From the NCBI GenBank assembly GCA_964016885.1, contig OZ024750.1, forward strand, positions 28,954,001 through 29,018,000: DNA of 64,000 nucleotides, given 5' to 3'. The notes under the pieces were generated by a model, which had not been told where the DNA came from, made no database searches, and saw nothing but the letters and a program-made list of their open reading frames with translations. The stretch's first letter is position 1. Every line of letters starts with the position of its first letter. Both the position numbers and the translations under genes were made by a program. Source of the DNA: Eledone cirrhosa. Lineage: Eukaryota. Positions 53,529 to 64,000 of this stretch are shown piece after piece.

Positions 53529-53746
53529 ATTGATGCTGATCTTGTGCTGCCAACAATGAGGTCTGCTGTAGAACAACAACTCAATCTGATTGCTGTCGGT
53601 AAGGCATGTTTTAATGTTGTACTGGAACACGCTTTGGAAATCTTTCGTCTCAAGTTTAAGTACTTTGTCAACAATATCTCTGGCATGGATGAATTATTTG
53701 AAGTCTCTTTCTCTCCTCTGGCCTCATCAGGGAAGCCTATGTCTAG
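53529..53746 (+). CDS. TOP3B: TOP3B exon 13
   Basis: IDADLVLPTMRSAVEQQLNLIA...SGKPMS(R). Confidence 0.96.
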
Positions 53747-53789
53747 GTAAGTGGCTTCAGCAACCAGGTTTTTACTGGTGGTCTATCAT

Positions 53790-53925
53790 GGTAAATTATA
53801 CTGGTTATATTAGACTTACTGATGGTCTATTGGCAAATTATACTGGTTATATTAGACTTACTGATGGTCTATTGGCAAATTATACTGGTTATATTAGACT
53901 TACTGGTGGTCTATCTTGGTAAATT
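53790..53925. repeat. 42-bp tandem repeat, 3 copies
   Basis: aaattatactggttatattagacttactgatggtctattggc. Confidence 0.9.
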
Positions 53926-54170
53926 ATGGTTTCTTGGATATTTTAATAACAAGGGCCTTAGTTCTTTCATGAAAAGAGGCATCCTGCTCAAGAATATGGT
54001 GTGTTGCCTAGTCCAGGAATTGAACCCATAGCGGTATGGTTATAAGTCCAATATGCTAACCACTAGACCATTCTACGTGGCACAATATAGTTTAAATTCA
54101 TCCCTTCTCTTTCTCCATATCAGTTTATAAATCAATATATTTCTGATATCAATGCATCTTATTTTAAAAG

Positions 54171-54351
54171 GTGTGGTAAGTGTCGTCGGTACATGAAGCT
54201 GATTCAAGCAAAACCAAGCAGGTTACATTGTTCAAATTGTGATGATACATATTCTCTGCCACAAAATGGTGGAATTAAGCTCTACCAGGAACTAAAATGT
54301 CCTTTAGATGACTATGAACTGATCCTTTGGACAACTGGCACAAAAGGAAAG
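54171..54351 (+). CDS. TOP3B: TOP3B exon 14
   Basis: CGKCRRYMKLIQAKPSRLHCSNC...CPLDDYELILWTTGTKGK. Confidence 0.96.
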
Positions 54352-55283
54352 GTAATTTATTTCATTTTATGTCTTTCACATCAAACTATTTACTGTTAAC
54401 TCCACATTGTGTTTTGTGTCTTTCACATCAAACTATTTACTGTTGCTAACTCCACATTGTGTTTTATGTCTTTCACATAAAACTATTTATTGTTGCTAAT
54501 TTTACACATCATAATCAATAAGTAATATGTTAGACTACCGTAACAAAATATTTGTATTATGAAAGTATTAGTAAGCAGTAGTGTTAGAAAGGATATCCAG
54601 CCATAAACATCATGCCAAAAATTGGAAGTTGTGAGATGTGGCTCTCTGACTTTTCTAGGAGGGCAGTAACTTTAAATAAGAACTGACTCGGACCATAATG
54701 ACCTGTTCAGACCTTGCCAGTCTGGAAAGTGAACCTATAATGATGATGATGATGATGATGGAGTATGTTTGAAAGGTGTTATAGATTCATATGTATACCT
54801 GTATGACATAAGATAGAAATATACTCTTTCAAATTTGTCCAGCTTACAAAAGTGAACTTAAAATAGAAGGTGGTGGTGTTGTTTACTCCCAAATCAGTCC
54901 TGACTAAACTGACTTATGATGAAAGACCACATTATTCTAATGGGTGTTATTTGAAGTAGATTTAGCTGCTATATTTGGAAGGTCAAGTGACTGCATAGAG
55001 GTTACCTTGCTAAGTACATTTAACTGCTATTTCTGAAAGGTCGAGTGACTGCATAAAGACCAACTTAAGTATATTTAACTGCTATTTCTGGAAGGTCAAC
55101 TGACTAAATAGAGACTACCTTGTTATCACATGATGACGACAATGATGTTGGTGGCAATAATAATAATTCCTTAAAGAATACTGTTTCTAATTATTTCAAG
55201 ATGTAATGCCAAGAATATATGTTCTTCCTATTTGTGATCCATTATGGAACTGCTTTCTAATTGTTACTACTTCATGTTTACAG

Positions 55284-55483
55284 AGTTACCCATTATGTCC
55301 ATATTGTTATAACAATCCACCATTCAAAGACATGCGTAAAGGCAATGGTTGTAATGAATGTACGCATCCTACATGTCAACATGCATTTTCTCAAAATGGA
55401 GTATCTGAATGTCTTGAATGTAGTCTAGGTATTTTGGTATTGGATCAGTCATCGGCACCAAAATGGCGAATGGCGTGTAACAA
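55284..55483 (+). CDS. TOP3B: TOP3B exon 15
   Basis: SYPLCPYCYNNPPF...CNECTHPTCQH...WRMACN(K). Confidence 0.96.
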
Positions 55484-55796
55484 GTAAGTTTGGAATTCAT
55501 TCTTCTCCTTTTCACATTTTTCCACGTTTTGCCCCACATATTCAACCCCCCCCACATTTTCCATATCCCCCACCACATTTTTTTCCATACTTTCTGTGTT
55601 ATCTTTACCTACAGAACAGATATGTACAAAGTAAACTTGTTAGAAATCTATCACTCTGGTAGATAATGCTAATAAAGAAGGAAACTAAGTAGTTTGTTAT
55701 GTCTATGTTTATTAACTAACTTATGATCTATAAATCTGTAGTACGTACAGTTATGTCTTATGTCTATATCTATGTTTATTTTCGAAATTCATTAAG

Positions 55797-55902
55797 GTGT
55801 TCATTGGTGATCAACTTGTTAGAAGGAGCCCATAAGGTCACTTTAAAGGACGATGACTGTGAAGAATGTGGTGCATCTATTATCAATGTTGACTATGGCA
55901 AG
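55797..55902 (+). CDS. TOP3B: TOP3B exon 16
   Basis: CSLVINLLEGAHKVTLKDDDCEECGASIINVDYGK|gtaagt. Confidence 0.93.
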
Positions 55903-55923
55903 GTAAGTGTGTGTCTGTGTGTG

Positions 55924-55952
<29 letters not shown>

Positions 55953-55955
<3 letters not shown>

Positions 55956-56400
55956 AGGTGGTATCAAAAAGTTCCAAGACTAGTTATGTTTAAAAAAAAC
56001 TAATATATTTGCCTAAGTTTTAATATCATCTCCTTTGAAATAGTCACCTTGCATAGCAATACACAGGTCCCAGGGTTCCTGCCACTTTTGGAATCCGGTC
56101 TGGAAGTGATTTTCTGTAACCAAGTCAAGGAACTTTTGCGATTCACTCTGGATCTCGGCAGCTTGAAGAAGAGATGGAAATCTGGCGGATGGGGGTGGAT
56201 GCAGAAGCGATACAATATTGTTTTTGGTGCGGAGATCTCGGTGACGGGGTCCATTGTCATTGTGAAGAATCCACTTCTTCGTGGTCGCCGAACGTCCTCC
56301 TTCAAACGCCTTAAGACGTTGCAGTGGAACTCTCGGTTGACGGCCTGGACCTGGGGGACAAATTCTCGATGCACAATACCGCGAATGTCAAAAAGTCATC
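55953..56400 (-). mobile_element. Mariner transposase remnant with terminal repeat
   Basis: HREFVPQVQAVNREFHCNVLRRLKEDVRR and HPHPPDFHLFFKL; mariner-like end aaggtggtatcaaaaagttcc. Confidence 0.85.
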
Positions 56401-56801
56401 AATCGCAATATCCTATTCCATCTTCCTTCATTGTCATACCTGCTTAATGTCTATTTTCCATGTGTGTATGGGTTAGACAGGTTTTCACGTTCTGAGGCTA
56501 GATTGGTCTAGCTCATAGATTCCATTTTGATTTGATTTCTACAGCTGGATGCTCTTCCTAACACCAAACAATTTAGTGTGTACTGAAAGTATTTTATGTT
56601 GACACCAGCACTACCACTTTACAGAGTCAATTGGATGCCTTTTATTGTGGCACTACTACCTTACAGAGTGGACTGGGGGCTTTTTATTGTGGCACCAGTA
56701 CTACTTTATAAATCGATATTTAGAAGTTATTGATTGTTCTATATCTTGTGAGGTATATTTTAACAATGTTTTGTGATATTAACATTTCATCTTCTTTCCA
56801 G

Positions 56802-57029
56802 AACAAATCTCCACTACCAGATAATGCTACAGATTACACAGGTTGTGTGTTCTGTGACAGCACATTTAAACCTCTGGTAGAAATGCACCATGCTATGGCA
56901 CCTCGTGTGCGACGTGCACCAGCACGCGGTGGTGGAGCTGGCCGTGGTAAAGGGCGTGGCCGAGGACGTGGTAAAGGCAAAAACAAACCTAAGGACAAAA
57001 TGGCACAGTTAGCTGCATATTTTGTATAA
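56802..57029 (+). CDS. TOP3B: TOP3B exon 17 (RGG tail, stop)
   Basis: NKSPLPDNATDYTGCVFCD...RGRGRGRG...KDKMAQLAAYFV*. Confidence 0.96.
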   Translation, partial: NKSPLPDNATDYTGCVFCDSTFKPLVEMHHAMAPRVRRAPARGGGAGRGKGRGRGRGKGKNKPKDKMAQLAAYFV

Positions 57030-57066
57030 ATGCTAAATCTTCAGTTTACTTTTAACTTTTACCTAG

Positions 57067-57072
57067 AATAAA
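57067..57072 (+). terminator. Candidate TOP3B polyadenylation signal
   Basis: AATAAA about 38 nt after the stop, followed by a GT-rich tract. Confidence 0.55.
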
Positions 57073-58030
57073 GAATTCTACTCTGTGTTGCTGTGTTCTT
57101 TGTTTTGATGGTTGGAGGAGGAATTGGCAAATTGTAGAGAAATTAGTTAACCCTTTAGAATTTAAACTGGCTGTATCCAGCCAGAATTCTCTCAACTCTT
57201 TCTGTTCAAATTGACCATAACTGGCCACACATACCGATGTTAAGGTATTGTCAAAATCTCAGATTCGATATTATGTGAGGTAAAGTCTTTACTACAAAAA
57301 TACAATAGCATATATATATATATAGAGTAATGGATTAAAGTAATTAAGATAGTTGCCCTCAGCAGGATTTGAACTAGGTACACAGCGGTGGAATGACTGA
57401 CGTTTTAATGACTGTCAATTTGTTCACTTCAGGAGAAGGAAGATATAGAAGCTGAAAGAACTCTGGATCAGTTATAGGTTTAAAGAAATACTAGTTGATG
57501 CATGATAGGTGAGAAGTATAGGAAGACAGCATAGAGAATTGGAGGTATCTTTGAGACAACCTACTGAGAGCTACACACCAAGATCTGTTTTAGGTAATGT
57601 ATATGACAGAGGAGATAGAGTCCCCAGTTCTCTAATGTTGTAAATGTTTTAGACACAGACAAATTCTGTGTCTAATTGTAGGTTTAGAGAAGTTTCAGTT
57701 GACGGAAAGCTGGTCTAAATGCAGCAGAACACCCTCTTGTGGCACTCAAGTGTCAAGTACGTGTTAAAATGGACAAATTAAAACTACCACCCCAAGGTCA
57801 TTGGATGAAGTAAACATTACAATGACGAGTTACAGCATTAACCGGTTGTATCAGGCCAAAATTCTCTCGCCTCTTTCTGCTCATACCTACATTAAGGTAT
57901 TGTTCTCAAAATAAATAATATCAAAATCTCAGATTCGATATTATACGAGATAAAGCCTTTACCAAAATATAGTATATACAGATTAATGTAAATGTTATGT
58001 GAGGTAAAGCCTTTACTGTGAAAATATAAT

Positions 58031-58186
58031 TGTTTCTACGTTAGGCACAAGGCCAGCAATTAAAGTACCAGTGTATTACTGGTACTTTATTTTATCGACC
58101 CCGTAAGGATGAAAGGTAAAGTTAACCTTGGCGGAATTTGAACTCAGAATGACAAGGGCCGTAACTCTATGCGTCAAAGTTACGGC
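58031..58186 (-). mobile_element. 5'-truncated SINE with 21-bp target-site duplication and terminal fold-back
   Basis: cctttactgtgaaaatataat at 58010-58030 and 58187-58207. Confidence 0.85.
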
Positions 58187-58537
58187 CCTTTACTGTGAAA
58201 ATATAATAGTATATAAAGTTAGAATGTAAAGATCTGCAATGATTCTGCCAGTCCATGGCTAGTGGAAAATAAAATATCCAAAGTAGGTGATATGAAAATC
58301 TCAAGAGAGCTGGACAGCAGCAGAAAGTCTTCAGAATTCTCAACTTATGTCTTTTATTTATAAAACCAATAGAAAGAAAAGAAAAAAAAAGACAATGAAG
58401 GAAGTTTCATATATTTATTAACAATTGCTGCACTCCAGCCGAACTTTTCAGTGAAGAATTAAACTTCTAAACTGTTTTAAAATTAAAAAGGGGAGAAGAA
58501 TCACAATTCGTTGTCACAATTAAATAGTGCATACTGT

Positions 58538-58631
58538 TGTTTCATTATATATATATATATATATATGAGGTTGTCATAGCTTGTTTGAAGTATTGTTGGT
58601 GGGGTCAAGCGGCTAGAGCAATGAAATGTTT

Positions 58632-58670
<39 letters not shown>

Positions 58671-59655
58671 GGCGATATAGTTTGTTTGAAGTATTGCGGA
58701 GGGCTAGAGCAATGTAATGTTTCATTATATGAGGTTGTCATAGCTTGTTTGAAGTATTGTGTGTGGGGGGGGGGGGGGGGGGGGGGGCTAGAGTAATGCA
58801 ATGTTTCATTATATGAGGTTGTCATAGCTTGTTTGAAGTATTGTGTGTGTGTGGGGGGGGGGGGGCTAGAGTAATACAATGTTTCATTATATATATGAGG
58901 GTGTCATAGCTTGTTTGAAGTATTGTGTGTGTGTGTGGGGGGGGGGGGGTTAGAGTAATGCAATGTTTCATTATATGAGGGTGTCATAGCTTGTTTGAAG
59001 TATTGTGTGTGTGTGGGGGGGGGGGGGGGGCCTAGAGTAATGCAATGTTTCATTATATATATGAGGGTGTCATAGCTTGTTTGAAGTATTGTGGGGGGGG
59101 GGGGGGGGGGGCTAGAGTAATGCAATGTTTCATTATATGAGGTTGTCATAGCTTGTTTGAAGTATTGTGTGTGTGGGGGGGGGGACTAGAGTAATACAAT
59201 GTTTCATTATATATATGAGGGTGTCATAGCTTGTTTGAAGTATTGTGTGTGTGTGTGGGGGGGGGCTAGAGTAATGCAATGTTTCATTATATGAGGGTGT
59301 CATAGCTTGTTTGAAGTATTGGGGGGGGGGGGGCTAGAGTAATACAATGTTTCATTATATATATGAGGGTGTCATAGCTTGTTTGAAGTATTGGGGGGGG
59401 GGGGGGGGGCTAGAGTAATACAATGTTGTCATTGCTTGTTTGAAGTATTGTGGGGGAAATATAGAAAATAGTGGTGGGGTGGAAGAAGGCTAGAGTAATG
59501 CAATGTTTTATTATATATGAGGTTGTCATAGCTTGTTTGAAGTATTGTCAGGGGGTCAGAGTAATACAATGTTTCATTATATATATATGAGGTTGTCATA
59601 GTTTGTTTGAAACATTGTTTGGGGGTGGGGGCAATCAAAGGGCCAGAGCAATGAA
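58538..59655. repeat. ~65-85 bp tandem repeat with variable (GT)n-poly(G) core
   Basis: atgagg(g/t)tgtcatagcttgtttgaagtattg-(tg)n-Gn-ctagagtaatgcaatgtttcattat. Confidence 0.93.
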
Positions 59656-60759
59656 ATTCAGACATTAAATGTTAAAAAATAATGATTTAATTATTTTTAA
59701 TGTTTAATGTCCTGTTTGCATTATTGTAACATTCTAAAAAAAAAATTATTATTATTCTCCCCCCTACATATATGTTTGTGTGTAAATACATATGTATGTA
59801 TATATTTAAAGTACATATGTGTATGTGTATACATGAGTGTGTGTGTGTATATATACACCCTTGTGTGTATATGTATGTATATCCAGTCATATGTGTGTAG
59901 TTTAACAAAAAAGAAGAAACAATTAAAAGAGGTTGACAGCTAAGTTTAATATACAAAGTTATTTATATGGTAGGATGTGTTGGGTGTGGGGGTTATATTC
60001 ATGTAGACTTTTTACCATGTAGGACAAATAAAAAAAAATAAAATAACAATAATCGCGGCTGGGAGAAACAAAGAAAAAAAAAATATATATGTATATATAA
60101 AATTTAGTCAATTATTAGGATCACGAATCATTTGTTGATTAATAAACATGATTTTGATATTATTTACCATAGAACCTACTAGTAACATTGAATTTATTGT
60201 TTACAATGACCTATAAAGGTCTACTTCACAGTATAATACTTTCTCCGGCACTGACAAATCATATTTAACATCACATTAAATTTTGCCTTGCGATCACAGA
60301 AACAATTTGAAAAAAAAAAAAGTTACAGAATTTTATTTATGTAATTGTTTTTTTTTTTTTTGTGTGTAATTTATTTTTTTGTTCGATAAACAGTGCTTGT
60401 TACAAAAATAAGTTACCACTAATATCAACTCACATAGTACTGATTTTTTTTTTTTTTAGGAGGTGTGGGGAGGGGGGTCTGTTCTGTTTTGTAAAAACTA
60501 TTTAGTTCCTGTTAATGGAGGTGAGCTAATTAAAACATGTATTGATACATTATCAATAAACAATAATCCAAGTGTACCAATTTCAGATTACTTCCACTTC
60601 ACCTTCTGCTACCTTGAAATTACATTCAGATTACTGGCGGTAATTTCATTTTACTCCCCTATAATTACACCCAGGGGTAGCTTTAGGGTAATTTCATTTT
60701 ACCCAATATGACTTCAGATTAGTGCCTTAATTTGTTCCCTAAATTCCTTGTTGACCTAC

Positions 60760-61142
60760 AATAGTATCAGCAATGGGGACATTGTTTCTACATCCTATCT
60801 GACAGTCATCTGCCAGTTGTGACCAACAGATAGTATCAGCAATGGAGACATTGTTTCTACATCCTATCTGACAGTCATCTGCCAGTTGTTGTGACCAACA
60901 GATAGTATCAGCAATGGAGACATTGTTTCCTACGTCCTATCTGACAGTCATCTGCCAGTTGTTGTGACCAACAGATAGTATCAGCAATGGAGACATTGTT
61001 TTCTACATCCTATCTGACAGTCATCTGCCAGTTGTTGTGACCAACAGATAGTATCAGCAATGGAGACATTGTTTCTACATCCTATCTGACAGTCATCTGC
61101 CAGTTGTTGTGACCAACAGATAGTATCAGCAATGGAGACATT
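60760..61142. repeat. ~72-bp tandem repeat, about 5 copies
   Basis: atagtatcagcaatggagacattgtttctacatcctatctgacagtcatctgccagttgttgtgaccaacag. Confidence 0.93.
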
Positions 61143-61743
61143 CTAATCTATGTTGGGTGCCAATCTTTCTCAGTATGTGGAGTTAATATTTAAAATAATC
61201 TAAGTTCAAACATGAAACAACAAAAATATAATTTCTACTTTGATAGTTGTATTTGTTGAACCCTTTAGTGTTCAAACCGGCCAGAATTCTCTATCTTTTT
61301 CTGTTGGAACCGGCTGTAACTGGTCACTCAAACTGATGTTAAGGTATTGTTCTCAAAATAAATACTTTCAAAATCTCATAGATTCAATATTATGTGAGGT
61401 AAAGCCTTTACCATGAAAATATAGTAGTATATATAGAATAATGTGAATGCTAAAGGGTTAAGTGACTTGATTTAAGATCTTGTGTTAAAACTAAAATATT
61501 TACATGATGGAAGTATCATTTCAGCCTCTTTAATATGTGTGTGTGTGTGTGTGTTGGGTTCAATCAAGGCTAACCACAGTAAGGTACTCAATACATTAGA
61601 AAAGTGTAAACATCAAGTTTAATATAGAAAATGGTTTCTACAGGACTAGAACTGTTTCATTCAAAAGGAATCAATGATTTCTTTTGAATGAAACAGTTCT
61701 AGCCCTGTAGAAGTCCTTTATATATATATATATATATATATAT

Positions 61744-61806
61744 CATCTGATGAACGAACTAGACATGTTAATATTGTCTAGGGTCCTGAAACCTTTGGTA
61801 ATGGAT
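61744..61806 (+). ncRNA. Type I hammerhead ribozyme motif (Penelope-like element type)
   Basis: cat-CTGATGA-[stem II ctagaca/tgtctag]-GAAACC-ttt-GGTA-atg: core boxes intact, stem III present, stem I reduced to 3 bp. Confidence 0.65.
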
Positions 61807-61955
61807 TAGTTATATTGTGTTGTTTACTTTCTAATTAAATATATATATAAATATATACATGTAAAGTTATATTTAAAATTGTTGGGTTACAACTAGTAAA
61901 TATTTATAACTGATATAAAAGCACTCGACAAATACTTGGAGTATATTTACAATAT

Positions 61956-62327
61956 TAAATAAATGGAAAACTATATTTATAAAACCATATTTATTTCATT
62001 ATATATATTTCGGGGATATCATATTAACAATATGCTATGCCTTCATCAGACAAAATACAATATAAACAGTTTTATAGATAAATATATTCGACATACCGTA
62101 ATAAACATCAACTTCATTTGAAGAGGTTCACTCTAGCAGTGAACCTCTAGAGTGAACCTCTTCAAATGAAGTTGATGTTTATTACGGTATGTCGAATATA
62201 TTTATCTATAAAACTGTTTATATTGTATTTTGTCTGATGAAGGCATAGCATATTGTTAATATGATATCCCCGAAATATATATAATGAAATAAATATGGTT
62301 TTATAAATATAGTTTTCCATTTATTTA
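61956..62327. repeat. Perfect 181-bp inverted repeat with 10-nt spacer
   Basis: Arms 61956-62136 and 62147-62327. Confidence 0.95.
62225..62295 (+). ncRNA. Degenerate hammerhead ribozyme motif (mirror copy on - at about 61988-62058)
   Basis: CTGATGA-aggcatagcatatt-gtt-aatatgatatcccc-GAAA-tatata; palindromic minimal stem III; stem I unclear. Confidence 0.5.
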
Positions 62328-62489
62328 TATAAATATATATATATATATATATATAGGAACGAGTAGGACCCCGACGGCTTGAGCTCAGCCGTCGGGGTCC
62401 TACTCGTTCCTATTACCCACTGTACTACCCTAAGTATTGAGTACTTTGGTGCGTTATGGTCCATCTGGTTCCTTACCACATTTCCTTCG

Positions 62490-62525
<36 letters not shown>

Positions 62526-64000
62526 CAGTTTAGTCAGGGAAGGAGATATCCCTAAACCAGAGGATTGGTCTCAGCCCTTACAACAGTGGACCTTAAGACC
62601 AGCTGGTGGTATTACACTGGATGCCCAAAGACCAGCTGGTGTTGTTAAACTGGACATTCCACTAAAGACACCTAAAACCCAGCTGGTGGGATTAAAATGA
62701 ATGAGATTAAGTTATATTCACTCTTCATTTATTTTGTGCTATCAAAATTTTCATTGTACTTTCTGCAACTTGATCACTGACACAATTGTAGTGAGATTGT
62801 ATTAGTGACCAGGTCAAAGGTGCAACAGAACGAATAAAAACTGAATATTACAATTTATGTAGGGTTTTTTTTTTTTAATAACTAAAATGATTCTTTCATA
62901 ATGTCTAGCGTTATTTGAGACTGAAATTATTGTCTTCGCTTCAAACTCTGAGACAGACATATCAACTAAATGTTATACTATACACCCAGTTACAATCAGA
63001 CATATTATAATCATCTAGATGTAATATAGGTTTATGCAATATTTCTATCACCTATTTCTAACACAATTGTGATATAAATATTAGATATTAACCAGTTTTG
63101 TTATGAATACTCCAGTGTAACATGGACATTATAAATATATTTTACTCATAACATAAAAAATCATGTGAAGCTCTGTACATTTCATACTTCAGAAGGATTT
63201 TTACATACATTTAGTTATACATGATATATATACATAACATGATATATACATAATATATATATAGATATAGATAGATAGATTAACAAAGCTAGTTGTGTAC
63301 AATCTGTTTAGCTACAGCTGCTCTCTACTCACTTCATGATTTAACAAATATTGTATGTTGTAAATACGAACTTAACTATATTACTAATTCTATTCACTAT
63401 ATTACTAATTCCATTCACTAACACATTCAAAGATCTAAAATTTCTTACATAGAGCCCAGTTATTCTCCTTTTGAGTTTTTAATCCTTTTTAAGTCGAGTA
63501 ATGTATATTTTATGAAACAAATTACTTGAACTTTTTTTCTCAACAAAAATCTATCATTCTCCCTTGTATGTGTATATTTAACTTTGTCTTTCATCCTTAT
63601 GGGGTCGACAAAATAAAGTACCAGTAATGCACTGGGTAATTGCTGGCCTTGTGCCAAAAAGTAGAAACAATTATATATATATATATATATGTGTGTGTTG
63701 ATAGTCTGCAGCTCTGGGATCAGGAAGACCACAAATCAAAGAAGTACTCAATACATGGAAAGATGCGGAGTGGGTATATTAATGGAGTAGAGGATCAGCC
63801 ATGAGCTTGACAGTTTTAAGCTGAAACGGCTGAGCTCGTGGCTCATCCTCTACCCTGCTTCCATGTTTGGAATTTCTTATAGTATAAAATATATATTTAT
63901 TAGAATGACTAGCACATGGAAATGGTGAACATTAGATTATATAAGGAAATCTTAAGATTTGTCAAGGTGTTTCAAGGATTTAAAATTTGAAGTATTGAAA

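Larger units (their letters stand above)
25223..57029 (+). other. TOP3B: DNA topoisomerase III beta gene span (17 coding exons, 2574 nt, 857 aa)
   Basis: All exons GT-AG and phase-consistent, from MKTVFMVAEKPS through catalytic YISYPRTET, Cys-rich zinc motifs and RGG tail to KDKMAQLAAYFV*. Confidence 0.98.

Noticed and set aside
58538-59655. CRISPR-like repeat-spacer appearance
   Set aside because: The variable parts are only (TG)n/poly(G) length variants; eukaryotic context and no cas genes

Overview
Eukaryotic, AT-rich, repeat-dense animal DNA; the SINE, RTE and CR1 families and microsatellites look like those of an octopod cephalopod (inference). Three spliced genes can be assembled by hand. 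(1) The 5' part of MED14 on the minus strand: four coding exons, continuing off the left edge. (2) An unrecognised three-exon gene on the plus strand (9421-16564, about 416 aa), head-to-head with MED14 and built from an exon-duplicated domain of about 70 aa plus a predicted coiled coil. (3) A complete 17-exon TOP3B (25223-57029, 857 aa), with about half its span made of minisatellite arrays. The giant ORFs in the ORF track are tandem-repeat artefacts. Other notable features: hammerhead-ribozyme motifs and snap-back palindromes at (TA)n tracts (61.5-63.9 kb, probably from Penelope-like elements), further fold-back junctions at retroposon ends, one retroposon module that has seeded several distinct 47-48 bp satellites, and a structured GC-rich element with a CTCF-type motif between the divergent genes. 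Exon boundaries were read directly from the sequence; repeat and TE boundaries are approximate.
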